A stretch of DNA of 37,494 bases from Desulfobacteraceae bacterium (GCA_030604635.1 JAUVVL010000003.1:1-37494); one strand, 5' to 3'; positions 1-11,474 are shown, numbered from the stretch's first letter. The notes: generated from the sequence alone by a model not told the origin. Translations and numbers: made by a program.

Positions 1-148
1 ACTCACAGGTAAAATTTGCTATTTTGCTGTTCTTTCTTAACGCTCTCTAATCCACTCAAACAGTGACCCACTTTAAAACCGGATCACCTGAATGCTTGTG
101 GAACACGTTTTTCAAAAAGCTAAATTATTACCATTCTGCAAGTTAAGA

Positions 149-1414
149 TCAAAGCGTTAATATATCATCATATGCTTTTTCGTCGGTAACCGGTCCAAGC
201 ATGGTCAGTGCAAACCGGTTTGCCTGAAGAAGGCTTTCAGCCAGGTCGAGGATGTCGTCCTCTGTAACCGATTCGATTCTATTCGCAACGTCCTGCAAAG
301 GGATATAAGACCCGAAATGGGTCTCATTCTGTGCTGTCCGAACCATCTGGTTGTCGTTATTTTCTGATGCAAGCATAAGGTTGCCTTTTGTGTATTCTTT
401 GGCTTTACGCAGTTCGTTTGGATCGACCCGCGTTTCTTTAAGCTTGCAGATTTCTTTTAGGATCAGCGTTGTGGATTCATAGGCATTTTTTGGATTAACA
501 CCCATATAGACTCCGAACATGCCTGTATCGACATAAGAGGATATAAAAGAATAGACAGAATAAGCAAACCCCCTGCGTTCGCGCACCTCCTGGAACAGCC
601 TTGAACTCATGTTACCACCGAGGATAGTGTTCATAAGCGAATAGGCATAGCGTCGAGGGTCGGTTATTGATATACCCTTTGTTCCCAGACAGACATGAAC
701 CTGTTCCAAATCCCTGTGGTGCAGATTAACCAGGCAGCGTTCGTCGGGCGTAATCCGTTCGGGAAAGCCGTTACCCGGGCGAACGGATTCGAAGACCGGC
801 CCCACAAGATCGACAAAACGTTCGTGCTCCAGGTTGCCTGCAACCGAAATGACAATACGCTCGGGCTGATAAAAGCGGCGAAAAAATCCTTTAATTGTGT
901 TTGCATCAAAACTTGCAACGTTTTCACGAGTGCCGAGAATGGACTGTCCCAAAGAATTTTCACCCCAAAAATTACTTCCTGAAAGGACGTGAACGTATTC
1001 ATCCGGGCTGTCTTCGACCATGCCGATCTCCTGAAGAATAACAGCCCGCTCGTTTTCCACCTCTTTTTCATCGAACACGGAGTTTAAAAATATATCGGAG
1101 AGGATATCGACCATGGTTTCCAGGTGGGTGACCATGACCTTTCCGTGGTAACAGGTATTTTCCGCGCTCGTAAAAGCGTTTGTATGTCCCCCGATGGCGT
1201 CAAACTCCTTGGCAATCTGAAACGCCGTCCGTTTCTCGGTTCCCTTAAAAATCATATGTTCAATAAAATGGGAGAGCCCACTTTCAGCTGATGATTCGTC
1301 ACGGGCACCCACATTTACCCATACGCCCATTGATACGGAATGAACATGGGGCATCTTTGAGGTGACAATCCTGATACCGTTTTTCAGGACGGTTTTATTT
1401 ACGTCCTGATCCAT
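149..1414 (-). CDS. M16 (pitrilysin-family) zinc peptidase
   Basis: 421-aa ORF with inverted zinc motif HFIEH (HxxEH), NAFTS and [15 protein letters not shown] motifs; typical position downstream of pnp. Confidence 0.93.
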   Translation of the reverse strand: MDQDVNKTVLKNGIRIVTSKMPHVHSVSMGVWVNVGARDESSAESGLSHFIEHMIFKGTEKRTAFQIAKEFDAIGGHTNAFTSAENTCYHGKVMVTHLETMVDILSDIFLNSVFDEKEVENERAVILQEIGMVEDSPDEYVHVLSGSNFWGENSLGQSILGTRENVASFDANTIKGFFRRFYQPERIVISVAGNLEHERFVDLVGPVFESVRPGNGFPERITPDERCLVNLHHRDLEQVHVCLGTKGISITDPRRYAYSLMNTILGGNMSSRLFQEVRERRGFAYSVYSFISSYVDTGMFGVYMGVNPKNAYESTTLILKEICKLKETRVDPNELRKAKEYTKGNLMLASENNDNQMVRTAQNETHFGSYIPLQDVANRIESVTEDDILDLAESLLQANRFALTMLGPVTDEKAYDDILTL

Positions 1415-3509
1415 TTTCCTTGGCCTCTCTTTCCTCTTCCAGGACAGCCTTGTGGCTCAGGCGGATTTTTCCATCTTTGCTGATTTCAAGAACCTTGACT
1501 TTGATGCGATCGCCTTCCTTTACAATATCTGAGACCTTCGTCACACGGTGCATGGCAAGTTGTGAGATGTGCACAAGACCGTCCGTGCCTGACATTATCT
1601 GGACAAAGGCCCCGAAATCCATGATCTTTACAACAGTCCCTTCGTAAATCTTGCCAACCTCGGGTTCCTTTGTGATTTCATTTATCATCTCTAAAGCAGA
1701 ATCTCCTTCTGCTTTGGAGGTAGCGGCAATTTTGATCAAACCCGAATCATCTATTTCAATTTTCGTATTGGTTTCGCTTTGAATCGATCTGATGATTTTC
1801 CCGCCGGGACCTATAACTTCACGTATCTTGTCGGGATTAATATTGATGGTAATTATTTTGGGCGCATAGGGAGAGATTTTGTCGCGGGGTTCCTTAAGAG
1901 CTTCTATCATCTTGCCAAGGATAAAAAGCCGGCCGACACGGGCCTGTTCAAGAGCCTTTCCCATGATATCTGTGGAAAGTTCATGAATCTTGATATCCAT
2001 CTGAAGCGCTGTTATGCCGTCTTTTGTGCCCGCAACCTTGAAATCCATGTCGCCCGTGTGATCTTCATCACCAAGAATGTCAGACAGGATAACAACATCA
2101 TCTCCTTCCTTTACAAGGCCCATTGCAATGCCTGAAACCGGGGTTTTAATGGGAACCCCCCCGTCCATCAGCGCCAGGATGCCCGAACATACGGTTCCCA
2201 TGGATGAAGAACCGTTAGACTCGAAAACCTCTGATACAAGACGGATGGTATAGTCGAATTCTTCCTTGGGGGGCAGAATCTTTTCTATAGCTCTTGTTGA
2301 CAGCCCGCCATGACCGATATCCCTGCGGCTAGGTCCAACCATGCGCCTTGTTTCTCCCACAGAATAGGGAGGAAAATTATAGTGGAGCATAAATGGCCTG
2401 TATTCTTCTCCAAGCAACGTTTCAACCCGCTGTTCATCATGGCCCGAACCAAGGGTCAACACACCGAGTACCTGGGTTTCTCCCCGTGTAAAGAGGGCGC
2501 TGCCGTGTGTTCTGGGCAATATACCGGCCTCACAGGTAATGGGTCTTATCTCATCAAATTTTCTGTTATCGATACGGCGCCCTTCTCTCAAGACAAGATC
2601 TCGGCTGATTTTTTTCAGTATATCATTAAATATATCGAATACTTCGCCCTTGCGATCAGCATAATTTTCCCCGAGTTTTTCGATTATATCCGATTTGACG
2701 GCGCGAAGTGCTGCCGTGCGTTTACTTTTTCCGGGCGTAAGCATGGCTTCGGATATCAGCGAATATGCTTCGGATTCAATTTTTCTGACCAGTTCTTCAT
2801 CCCTTTCGGGCGGTACAAAGGGCCGTTTCGGCACTCCATTGATCTCTTTGAGTTTTATTTGCAGATCTATGACCGGCTGCATGGCCTGATGGCCGAAAAA
2901 GATGGCTTCAAGCATATCGGCTTCACTGACAATGTTGCCGCCGCCTTCTACCATGACGACACCGGTTTTTGAGCCGGCAACAATGATGTTGATGTCAGAA
3001 CTTTCGTATTCGTCGATTGTAGGATTGATTTTCAATTGACCGTCTATCCTGCCGACACGAACACATGCAATGGGTCCGGCAAACGGAATGTCTGATATTT
3101 CAAGAGCAGCAGACGCTCCTATCATTGCCAGGATATCAGGGTCATTTTCTTGGTCCATGGAGAGTACTGTTGCAATAACCTGAGTTTCGCAGCGATACTT
3201 TTTAGGGAAAAGCGGCCTGATGGGGCGGTCGATGAGGCGGGCGGTTAAGGTTTCCTTTTCAGAAGGTCTCCCGATTTCACGCCTAAAATAATTACCCGGT
3301 ATGCGGCCCGCTGCATAAATTTTTTCCTGATATTCAACAGTAAGCGGCAGAAAATCTGCCATACGCTCTTCATGAGAAGATACAACGGCAACCAGTACAA
3401 TGGTGTCTCCATATTGAACCATAACCGAACCGGATGCCTGCTTGGCAATTTTACCGGTCTTGATACTCAGGGTTTTCCCCCCGATTTCTGTTTTAAGTAA
3501 AGTTTCCAT
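1395..3509 (-). CDS. pnp: Polyribonucleotide nucleotidyltransferase (PNPase)
   Basis: RNase PH domains ([28 protein letters not shown]) plus KH and S1 domains; start moved to ATG 3509, which has AGGAG upstream. Confidence 0.97.
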   Translation of the reverse strand: METLLKTEIGGKTLSIKTGKIAKQASGSVMVQYGDTIVLVAVVSSHEERMADFLPLTVEYQEKIYAAGRIPGNYFRREIGRPSEKETLTARLIDRPIRPLFPKKYRCETQVIATVLSMDQENDPDILAMIGASAALEISDIPFAGPIACVRVGRIDGQLKINPTIDEYESSDINIIVAGSKTGVVMVEGGGNIVSEADMLEAIFFGHQAMQPVIDLQIKLKEINGVPKRPFVPPERDEELVRKIESEAYSLISEAMLTPGKSKRTAALRAVKSDIIEKLGENYADRKGEVFDIFNDILKKISRDLVLREGRRIDNRKFDEIRPITCEAGILPRTHGSALFTRGETQVLGVLTLGSGHDEQRVETLLGEEYRPFMLHYNFPPYSVGETRRMVGPSRRDIGHGGLSTRAIEKILPPKEEFDYTIRLVSEVFESNGSSSMGTVCSGILALMDGGVPIKTPVSGIAMGLVKEGDDVVILSDILGDEDHTGDMDFKVAGTKDGITALQMDIKIHELSTDIMGKALEQARVGRLFILGKMIEALKEPRDKISPYAPKIITININPDKIREVIGPGGKIIRSIQSETNTKIEIDDSGLIKIAATSKAEGDSALEMINEITKEPEVGKIYEGTVVKIMDFGAFVQIMSGTDGLVHISQLAMHRVTKVSDIVKEGDRIKVKVLEISKDGKIRLSHKAVLEEEREAKENGSGRK

Positions 3510-3583
3510 ATATGCTCCTAAAAGTAGAGTAACTTCAGAACTGCAACTGCCCTCCAGGCATCTGAGCATGCAAAGTTTGTCAT

Positions 3584-3853
3584 CTATTTTCTCAGTCCCA
3601 GGGCTTCGATGATTTTTCTGTATCGTTTTACATCTTTGTTTTTCAAGTAGTTTAAGAGCCTGCGCCGTCTACCGACTAAAATCAGCAAACCCCTTCTGGA
3701 GTGGTGATCCTTTTTATGAACCTTTAAGTGTTCAGTGAGATAAGAAATACGATGAGTCAGAAGTCCGGCCTGCACTTCGGGTGAACCGGTATCGTCTTCG
3801 TGCCGCTGAAACCGATCAATCAACCCTTTTTTGTCCTCCGCTGTTAAAATCAA
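3584..3853 (-). CDS. rpsO: 30S ribosomal protein S15
   Basis: DTGSPEVQ and [11 protein letters not shown] motifs; TTG start at 3853 with GAGGAGG upstream gives 89 aa. Confidence 0.97.
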   Translation of the reverse strand: MILTAEDKKGLIDRFQRHEDDTGSPEVQAGLLTHRISYLTEHLKVHKKDHHSRRGLLILVGRRRRLLNYLKNKDVKRYRKIIEALGLRK

Positions 3854-3891
3854 TTTTTTTGCCTCCTCTTGTTGAAATAAAAAATAATATT

Positions 3892-3969
3892 GATGAACTC
3901 GTAAAAAGTCTTTTGAGAGCGCCAAAATGCTCACCCAGGTGAGTAAAATAGACTTTTTACGAAACCATC
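3892..3969. mobile_element. Miniature inverted-repeat element, family A (GATG..TCGTAAAAAGTC ends)
   Basis: GATGAACTCGTAAAAAGTC ... GACTTTTTACGAAACCATC inverted ends; the same ends recur at 17079, 17969-18158, 29999, 31662-31864 and 37357. Confidence 0.75.
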
Positions 3970-4879
3970 AATTGTCGAATACACAACAATAACCATACCT
4001 GTTGCTCTCTTTTGTATACTTTAATACGGCAACAAGATCGTTATTTGTATTAACAATCTTGATAAAGCCTTGCGGGCTTCCTATCTGTCCGGGAACAAAA
4101 TCCTTTTTTGTTATGATATTGCCATGCATTATTTTTTCAGCCAGAACTTCATCGGCAATATGTTCGGGCAGATCCTGCAAGGCGTTTGCCATGCTTATCA
4201 GCCGATCAGACAATTTTTCAGATCGAGCCAGTTCTTCGAGATCCGACAATGTTACAGCCTCCGTAATTGAAAACCCGCTGCTTTCGATCCTCCTGAGTTC
4301 CTTAAGGTGCCCCCCGCACCCGAGAGATGCGCCGATGTCTGCACAGAGTGTTCTTATATATGTACCAGCAGAGCAGGAGACGATAAAACGTATTAGCGGC
4401 AGATTAATCTCAAGTATTTCAATATGTGAAATTGAGACACGTCTTGCCGGTTTCTGAACGGGCTTGCCGCTGCGCGCAAGCTTGTAAAGGGGAAGCCCCT
4501 TACATTTCAATGCCGAATAAACCGGCGGAAGTTGCTCAATCGTTCCTTCAAACCGTTTTAATACGGATCGTATCGTTATATCAGAAAATTCTATTGCATC
4601 ACACGTGGACGTAACGGTTCCGGTTGAATCCTGTGTGTCTGTCTCAACGCCCAGCTGAAGGACAGCCTGGTATTTTTTGTTACCGTGCAGGAAAAACCTG
4701 GCAAGCTTTGTTGCACGGTTGATACAGCACACCAGGACACCCGTTGCAAAAGGATCAAGTGTGCCGGTGTGCCCCGCCTTTCTTGCTCCAAGCAGTTTCT
4801 TTACACGGGCCACCACTTTAGCGGAGGTTATATCTACGGGCTTGTCAACAACTAAAAGTCCGCTTAATTCATGCTGCAT
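3968..4879 (-). CDS. truB: tRNA pseudouridine(55) synthase
   Basis: GHTGTLDP, QLPPVYSALK and CSAGTYIRTL motifs; conserved position between rbfA/DHH and rpsO. Confidence 0.97.
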   Translation of the reverse strand: MQHELSGLLVVDKPVDITSAKVVARVKKLLGARKAGHTGTLDPFATGVLVCCINRATKLARFFLHGNKKYQAVLQLGVETDTQDSTGTVTSTCDAIEFSDITIRSVLKRFEGTIEQLPPVYSALKCKGLPLYKLARSGKPVQKPARRVSISHIEILEINLPLIRFIVSCSAGTYIRTLCADIGASLGCGGHLKELRRIESSGFSITEAVTLSDLEELARSEKLSDRLISMANALQDLPEHIADEVLAEKIMHGNIITKKDFVPGQIGSPQGFIKIVNTNNDLVAVLKYTKESNRYGYCCVFDN

Positions 4880-4985
4880 ATATCTGGATTACATTTTTTG
4901 TAACAGTTTAGTTCTTTGAAACAAATCGATTTCAAAATAAATTTAATTATACCTGAAGCGGAAATAATTTTAAAAAGCTAAAATG

Positions 4986-5954
4986 TTACCATTTTTCAGC
5001 AAGGTTAATAATTTGTGATTTTATGTTAGAAAGCGTCGATTCAATACTGAATCCGGCGGCACTGGAGTGGCCGCCTCCGCCAAACGAAGATGCGATTGTA
5101 GCCACATCAACTGATCCATCGGAACGGAGGCTGACATGAAACTTGTTAAAATCTTTTGATTTTCCTTTACCGTTCTGGTGTTCCTGTATTAGCGCTGCGA
5201 CTTTAACATCCTCTATACGTTTTGCGTAATTGATAAGGCCGTCTACGTCTTCAGGCTGCGTATTTGTTTCATCAAACATATCTTGAGTAAGTGTCATAAT
5301 TGACAGTTTGCCGTTAGATGAGATTTCAATAGAGTCAAGGGCCAGATTTAGGAGCTTTATTCGACCCAGAGAGTATGTTCCATATACATGCTTGGCAATA
5401 CTGTAAGGATCGACACCCAGTTCCACCATTTCTTGACAGATTGCAAAAGCAGCCCTGTTTGTATTTGAAAAGCGCAACGAACCTGTATCTGTCAGAATCC
5501 CCGTATATATTGAAGTGGCAATGGCCTTGTCAATGGGGACGTCCATCTGTTTTATCAGACGGTATATGATTTCCGCTGTGGCACATGCGGACGTATCTAT
5601 AAGTTGAAAATGACCAAAACGGGTATTGGTAATATGGTGGTCAATGTTGATAATGACCGGTATCTGTCTTACGGCCGAAACAGCCTTCCCGATCCGCTCC
5701 AAGTCAGCGCAATCAAGCATAACGGCAATGTCGTAACCTGCACTGTTAATGTGCCGCACAATACGATTGACCGATGGCAGAAAACGGTACACAGCAGGAA
5801 TGGGACTTTCATTGTATAAGGTTGTTTTTTTATTCAATGCATCAAGAGAAAGTCCCATGGCGATCAGTGATCCAATCGCATCCCCGTCCGGCTTGGCATG
5901 ACTAGCAACTAAAACATGGGTACTATTTTTCAAATGACGTATTATTTGATCCAT
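4986..5954 (-). CDS. nrnA: DHH/DHHA1 family bifunctional oligoribonuclease/pAp phosphatase (NrnA-like)
   Basis: HxxPDGDAIGS, NIDHH, TDTG, SLRS and GGGGH motifs. Confidence 0.9.
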   Translation of the reverse strand: MDQIIRHLKNSTHVLVASHAKPDGDAIGSLIAMGLSLDALNKKTTLYNESPIPAVYRFLPSVNRIVRHINSAGYDIAVMLDCADLERIGKAVSAVRQIPVIINIDHHITNTRFGHFQLIDTSACATAEIIYRLIKQMDVPIDKAIATSIYTGILTDTGSLRFSNTNRAAFAICQEMVELGVDPYSIAKHVYGTYSLGRIKLLNLALDSIEISSNGKLSIMTLTQDMFDETNTQPEDVDGLINYAKRIEDVKVAALIQEHQNGKGKSKDFNKFHVSLRSDGSVDVATIASSFGGGGHSSAAGFSIESTLSNIKSQIINLAEKW

Positions 5955-6300
5955 TATCTGTTTTTATAGCCTTCAGAACTTTGCTTATGTGTGATCCGTA
6001 GTCAAAAGATTCATCGTATAAAAATTTAAGATCCGGCATATAACGCAAACCGAGCTGACGGGCAAGTGTACGTTTTACATACCCAAGAGCGCTTTTGAAA
6101 CCTTCAACAGCCTCTTCCATGTTTTTTTTGCCACCAGATGTAGTGAAGTATATCCGCGCAATTCTTAAGTCCCGGGATACCTTTACACTCGTAATGGTAG
6201 CCGTTTCAAGACGAGGATCTTTAATTCTTTTCTGCAATATATCCGACAGCACTTTTTGGATATGGCCGCCAACTCTGTCAGATCGTGCAAATGGTTTCAT
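5923..6300 (-). CDS. rbfA: 30S ribosome-binding factor
   Basis: IKDPRL, VSRDLR and LRYMPDLKF motifs; conserved position. Confidence 0.95.
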   Translation of the reverse strand: MKPFARSDRVGGHIQKVLSDILQKRIKDPRLETATITSVKVSRDLRIARIYFTTSGGKKNMEEAVEGFKSALGYVKRTLARQLGLRYMPDLKFLYDESFDYGSHISKVLKAIKTDNGSNNTSFEK

Positions 6301-6584
6301 AGATTGATAATTTCCATCTCACTGTCGATGATTTCGGCCAGTCCCAACTCGTCTGCCAGATTGAAAATCTTATCTATTTTAGAATTTATCACCGCCCGAT
6401 CGTTGCCGACCAGGGCAAACCCTATCATTGCCCTTTGATGGATATCGTTTGATCCGACCTCTGCAACCGAAACATTAAAATTGTTGCGCAACCGGTTGAT
6501 GATCGATTTTACAATCTTCCTCTTGCCTTTTAATGAACGGCATTCATGCAACCTGAATGTGATAATTCCTAAACCCGCAACCAT
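6297..6584 (-). CDS. DUF503 (YlxP) family protein
   Basis: SLKGKRKIVKSI..RLRNNFNVSVAEV signature; typical position between infB and rbfA. Confidence 0.9.
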   Translation of the reverse strand: MVAGLGIITFRLHECRSLKGKRKIVKSIINRLRNNFNVSVAEVGSNDIHQRAMIGFALVGNDRAVINSKIDKIFNLADELGLAEIIDSEMEIINL

Positions 6585-6740
6585 AATCGCTTCAACGTTT
6601 GTTATTTATACTTTAAACTGACTTATTCGGAGCTCACTTTAGCCCCGCCTGCCATAGCCACTTACCCGCTCATTGCTTAAGACAGCCAAAGAGTTAAAAG
6701 CAGACAGGCATTGGCGGGCAGGTTCACTTCAAACTTTACT

Positions 6741-9446
6741 TTACTCTTCAAGCTCAGGCTTGATCTCTTCCAGATAGTAGCATTCTATTATATCACCAAC
6801 CTTGAGGTCATTGTAATTTTCAACGCCGACTCCGCATTCATAACCGCTTTGGACTTCTTTGATGTCGTCTTTGAAACGACGAAGGGAAGAAATCTTACCG
6901 TCATAACAGACAACCCAATCCCTGAGAACCCGTGCAAGCTGTCCACGTTCCATTTTCCCTTCGGTCACATAACAACCTGCGACGGCGCCTACTTTGGGAA
7001 TGTGGAACACTTCGCGGATCTCAGCTCTGCCCAGGATCCGTTCTTCAAAAGTAGACGACATCATGCCGACAATGGCATCTTTGACGTCTTTGATAACATT
7101 GTAAATGACATTATAAAAACGTATGTCCACGTTTTCTTCACCGGCAAGAGCCTGAACTTTAGAACTGGGACGGATGCTAAAGCATATAATTATGGCATCG
7201 GAAACGGCGGCCAGGGAGATGTCCGATTCGGTCAGGGTCCCGGTAGCTGAATGGACCACATTGATTCTGACTTCTTCGTTGGAAAGTTTTGTCAGAGAAT
7301 CCACAAGGGCTTCGATAGAACCATGAACATCGGCCTTTATTATGAGGTTCAGATCCTTAACCTCGCCTTCCTGCATCTGCTCATAAAGTTTTTCAAGGCT
7401 TAATCTGCTGGTTTTGCCCAGTTCTTTTGACCGATGTTTCTGGATCCGATGAGCACTGACCTGCTTGGCGTTTTTTTCGTCCGACAGCGCAATCAACTCA
7501 TCTCCGGCATTGGGAACACCGGAAAGACCGATGATTTCCACCGGAATTGAAGGACCGGCCGACTTTACCTGTTTCCCCCTGTCGTTCAGTAAGACACGTA
7601 CTTTGCCGTAGTGTACGCCACAGACCACAGGTTCATGAGTTTTAAGGGTGCCTTGCTGCACAAGAACTGTGGCAACAGCACCTCTGCCCGAGTCCAACTT
7701 GGCTTCAACCACGTAACCCTTGGCAAGCCTTTCCGGATCGGCTTTGAGTTCCAATATTTCGGTCTGAAGGAGTATCATTTCTAGCAGATCATCAATTCCC
7801 TGATTCTCTTTTGCAGAAACCATAACAAAGATGGTGTCGCCGCCCCAATCCTCAGGCACAAGTCCTGCATCAGCAAGTTCGCGTTGAACACGCTCAGGTT
7901 CAGCATTTGCTTTGTCGATTTTGTTAATTGCAACAATGACCGGAACGTCTGCGGCTTTGGCGTGGTTGATCGCTTCGATAGTCTGCGGCATGACACCGTC
8001 ATCGGCAGCAACAACCAGGATGACCAAATCCGTAACCTTGGCGCCGCGGGCACGCATTTCAGTAAAAGCTTCATGTCCAGGGGTATCCAGAAAGACAATC
8101 TGGCCTTTATCTGTGGAAACATGATAGGCGCCGATGTGTTGCGTGATTCCTCCGGCTTCATTTTCTGTGACTTTGGTTTTTCGTATTACATCAAGAAGAG
8201 ATGTTTTACCGTGATCCACATGCCCCATAACGGTAACCACCGGGGGCCTTTGGATGAGCTTTTTCGGGTCATCCTTTTCTACCTTTAAAACAACTGCTTC
8301 CTCAAAAGAGGCTTTTTCCAGTTCATACTCGAATTCTGCGGCAACAAGAGCGGCAGTGTCAAAGTCTATGGTCTGATTAACAGTCACCATAACACCTAAA
8401 TCCATTAGCTTTTTGATCATGTCACCGGCTTTTATTCCCATACGCTTTGCCAGATCAGACAGGGCAATGGTGTCATCGATTTTTACTCTACGTTTGATGG
8501 CTTTAGGTGTTGTTATCAGGGTTTTTTGTTTAACGACTTTCTTATCCCTAGCAGCCTTTCGGCCTTTACGGCCCGAATACCCCTTGGTATAAAGGTCTGC
8601 CCCCTCAACAACTTCTTTTTTGCGGAAGGAAATTTTCTTTTTGAAAAACTTTTTATCCCTGACGCCTTCGTCGTACTTTTTTACCCATTTCTTTTTCTTT
8701 TTATCTTTTACCAGCAAATCTTTCTGCGGCACTCTGTTTTCAGAAACAGCTTTCTTTGACGCGGGAACTTTGGCGACTTTTGCTTTTGGTTTTTTAAACC
8801 GATCTTTTTTGACCTCGGGTGTTTTCTCTTCAGTAGGAGGCTTTACCGGCAGCTTTATAATCTTTGCCGGAGTATCTTTTTTTACTTTCTTGGCTACTTT
8901 TTTAGGTTTTAATTTCTTTAACTCAGCAGGTTTCTTAAGTTTTGATACAACCGGCCTCTTGGGTTTATGTTTCTCTTTAAGAACGGATTGGTTAACACCA
9001 CCATCGGGCGTATCGACTTTCTCAGGCGCTTCTTTCTCTACAGCCATTTCTTCCTTTTTCTTAACGGTTTTATCCTCGATTTTATCTTTCTTTTGCAGTT
9101 CTTCTGGTTCTTTTTTTGCGAGGAGTTCTTTGTCTTTGGGAGATGGTTGCTCAGCAGCTTCAACCTTTTCAGGATACTTTTCCGGTTCAGAAGTCGCCTC
9201 TGCCTCAACAGGTTCTTGCTGCACACATTTTTTACGTCTGCGGATAACAGTCGACTTTACGCGCGTTTCCTCGACATCTTCCGCTAGTGAGCCAAAAAGA
9301 TTTGTTTTGATCATGGCTACTGCTTCATCATCCAGAGAACTCATATGGCTTTTTACGGAAATATCCATCTCCCGTAATCTGTCGAGCATCGCCTTGTTTG
9401 TCATGTTAAGATTCCTGGCAAGTTCATATACTCTGATATTTACCAT
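6741..9446 (-). CDS. infB: Translation initiation factor IF-2
   Basis: IF2-N (RVYELA), Lys/Glu-rich linker, [13 protein letters not shown] and NKID GTPase motifs. Confidence 0.98.
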   Translation of the reverse strand: MVNIRVYELARNLNMTNKAMLDRLREMDISVKSHMSSLDDEAVAMIKTNLFGSLAEDVEETRVKSTVIRRRKKCVQQEPVEAEATSEPEKYPEKVEAAEQPSPKDKELLAKKEPEELQKKDKIEDKTVKKKEEMAVEKEAPEKVDTPDGGVNQSVLKEKHKPKRPVVSKLKKPAELKKLKPKKVAKKVKKDTPAKIIKLPVKPPTEEKTPEVKKDRFKKPKAKVAKVPASKKAVSENRVPQKDLLVKDKKKKKWVKKYDEGVRDKKFFKKKISFRKKEVVEGADLYTKGYSGRKGRKAARDKKVVKQKTLITTPKAIKRRVKIDDTIALSDLAKRMGIKAGDMIKKLMDLGVMVTVNQTIDFDTAALVAAEFEYELEKASFEEAVVLKVEKDDPKKLIQRPPVVTVMGHVDHGKTSLLDVIRKTKVTENEAGGITQHIGAYHVSTDKGQIVFLDTPGHEAFTEMRARGAKVTDLVILVVAADDGVMPQTIEAINHAKAADVPVIVAINKIDKANAEPERVQRELADAGLVPEDWGGDTIFVMVSAKENQGIDDLLEMILLQTEILELKADPERLAKGYVVEAKLDSGRGAVATVLVQQGTLKTHEPVVCGVHYGKVRVLLNDRGKQVKSAGPSIPVEIIGLSGVPNAGDELIALSDEKNAKQVSAHRIQKHRSKELGKTSRLSLEKLYEQMQEGEVKDLNLIIKADVHGSIEALVDSLTKLSNEEVRINVVHSATGTLTESDISLAAVSDAIIICFSIRPSSKVQALAGEENVDIRFYNVIYNVIKDVKDAIVGMMSSTFEERILGRAEIREVFHIPKVGAVAGCYVTEGKMERGQLARVLRDWVVCYDGKISSLRRFKDDIKEVQSGYECGVGVENYNDLKVGDIIECYYLEEIKPELEE

Positions 9447-9679
9447 CCATCCCCCTTAAGTTTGGTTGCTTTGCGACTTTTACATATGTGGCCCCCCCCC
9501 ACATTCTATAGATCCAACTTCTAATCCGGATAAACCGGAAAACTCGAAGCACGAAATTCGAAACAAATCCTAAATACAAATTTCATTATTAAGCGCCTAA
9601 AGTGCTTGCTCGTCGTCTGTTGATACATTGTCTGATGAATGAAGCCTGCCCGGACAACTAAGGCGAGCATAATAAAGTG

Positions 9680-9867
9680 GACATGTCTTCTCAGATTGCC
9701 CTCGGCAGGCGCATCCGTGCGGGATGGTTCTAAGGCTCACTACGGGCGTCCCGTGAACTCGGCCCCGCTTTCAGCGGTGGCTCAGACAGCACGGGACGCT
9801 GTCCTGCGTTTCGCCAAGAACCATCACCGTCCGGCTGCAATTTGCCTCGGGCAACCCGCTCCATGTC
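9680..9867 (-). other. 188-nt long imperfect palindrome (candidate structured RNA or REP-like element)
   Basis: Nested inverted repeats 9680-85/9862-67, 9696-707/9843-54, 9723-31/9817-25, 9746-55/9790-99, with apical hairpin 9765-77. Confidence 0.6.
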
Positions 9868-11249
9868 TAAATCAAAACGCTTGGATTAGTATCTTCACCA
9901 TCACCTATATCTTCTTCAGAGACTTCCTGAACATCCGAGACGGCTGAAATCTCATCGCCCTTTGCCCCATCATCCGGCAAAACTTCTTTAGATGTTTTAT
10001 CGACTTTGTCCAGTTTTGCCGCATAATTTTTTGCGGTTTCGATCAGTTTCGTGGCTTTTCCCTCGGCAATACCTCTGATCTTAATTAGATCTTCAATGGA
10101 AGCTTTGCTAAGTTCCCCAACAGAAAAGAAGCCCTTTTCATACAATGCATCAGCAAGACTAATACCAATACCGGGCAATGCCACCAGAGAATCGTAGCCT
10201 TCTTGCATGGCCTCGCTGTATCGTGCTTCACTGATAACATCAAGATGCCATTTGGTCAGTTTTGAGGCCAGCCGCACATTCTGCCCTTTTTTCCCGATCG
10301 CTATTGAAAGAAATTCATCAGGGACAATAACTTCCATGGAATTGTTCTCTTCATCAATAATAACCCTGGATATTTCAGCAGGCGCCAGTGCATTGCACAC
10401 AAATTTTGCAGGGTCAATATGCCAGGGTATAATATCTATTTTTTCACCCCTCAGTTCCTGCACAACGTTCTGTACACGGCTGCCTTTCATTCCCACGCAG
10501 GCGCCAACCGGGTCTATATCGGAATCGTTTGAGGTTACGGCAAATTTCGACCGGATTCCGGACTCACGGGCCGCGCCCATAATAGTAACGATACCTTCGC
10601 TGATTTCGGGCACTTCTGTTTTGAAAAGATTGATCAGAAAGTTAGGATGCGTTCTCGAAAGAACAATCTGAGGACCGCGTGTGTCATAAAGTACATCGAT
10701 TATATATGCTCTGATACGATCACCACGTCGATAGGTTTCCTTTGGAATTTGCTCTCGAGTCGGAAGGATACCTTCTGTGTGTCCCAGATTAACAATAATG
10801 TCATTGCGGTCCAAACGCTGAACAATTCCGTTTATGATTTCGCCTTTCCGGGCAATAAAGCTGGAATAAACCGCATCCCTTTCAGCATCCTTCATTTTCT
10901 GGATAATGACCTGTTTGGCCGACTGGGCAGCTATGCGACCGAAAGTGGAAGTATCCATTTTTGTGCCGAGGCTGTCGCCGACTTCGCATTCCGGATCTAG
11001 TTTACGCCCCTCTTCAAGACTGATTTGAATGTCAGGCTCTGTAACCTCTTCGGTTACATCTTTAAACTGGAAAACCTCGATCTCACCGGATTCTTCATTG
11101 TATTGAACCTCAATATCGACCTTGGTCCCGAACTTTTTTCTGGCAGCAGATCCCATAGCCTCCTCAAGAGCCTTGATAAGGACCTTGCGGTCAATACCCT
11201 TGTCTCGACTAACCTGTTCAACGACACGTTTTATATCGGTTATAAGCAT
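9867..11249 (-). CDS. nusA: Transcription termination/antitermination factor NusA
   Basis: FGRIAAQSAKQVI, S1 and KH domains, GKKGQNVRLA, C-terminal HhH repeats. Confidence 0.98.
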   Translation of the reverse strand: MLITDIKRVVEQVSRDKGIDRKVLIKALEEAMGSAARKKFGTKVDIEVQYNEESGEIEVFQFKDVTEEVTEPDIQISLEEGRKLDPECEVGDSLGTKMDTSTFGRIAAQSAKQVIIQKMKDAERDAVYSSFIARKGEIINGIVQRLDRNDIIVNLGHTEGILPTREQIPKETYRRGDRIRAYIIDVLYDTRGPQIVLSRTHPNFLINLFKTEVPEISEGIVTIMGAARESGIRSKFAVTSNDSDIDPVGACVGMKGSRVQNVVQELRGEKIDIIPWHIDPAKFVCNALAPAEISRVIIDEENNSMEVIVPDEFLSIAIGKKGQNVRLASKLTKWHLDVISEARYSEAMQEGYDSLVALPGIGISLADALYEKGFFSVGELSKASIEDLIKIRGIAEGKATKLIETAKNYAAKLDKVDKTSKEVLPDDGAKGDEISAVSDVQEVSEEDIGDGEDTNPSVLI

Positions 11250-11270
11250 CTGTTTTCTCCGTTATAATTC

Positions 11271-11428
11271 GAGACCTTTGCAAAACGCCCCCTTTTGCCT
11301 CCCGCCGTTGGCGGGATGTCAGGCTCAAATTTTAATCCTCAAAATACTCAATGTATTCCTGTGGTTAAAATTTTCGCCTTCCTTTAACTTGAATCCCGCT
11401 TTAGCGGGAAGCATTTTTCAAAGGTCTC
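11271..11428. mobile_element. 158-bp MITE with IS5-like ends (family B)
   Basis: GAGACCTTTGCAAAACGC ... GCATTTTTCAAAGGTCTC ends, flanked on both sides by AATTC; no transposase ORF. Confidence 0.75.
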
Positions 11429-11474
11429 AATTCATTTCCACCCATAAATGGCGCTCTGATTTATGAAATTCGGG

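Noticed and set aside
2310-2972. 220-aa ORF, and many similar antisense ORFs across the window
   Set aside because: Lies wholly opposite a conserved gene and has no motifs
6915-6920. Trp in IF2 RDWVV where RDGVV is usual
   Set aside because: A single-base substitution or sequencing error; not interpretable alone
8620-9459. 279-aa Phe/Ser/Leu-rich plus-strand ORF
   Set aside because: Antisense shadow of the Lys/Glu-rich IF2 N-terminus
9607-9669. CTGATGA inside a hairpin, suggesting a hammerhead ribozyme
   Set aside because: No stem II followed by GAAA and no properly placed cleavage triplet
9639-9947. 102-aa plus-strand ORF in the nusA-infB gap
   Set aside because: Runs through a GC-rich palindrome and antisense into nusA; not YlxR-like
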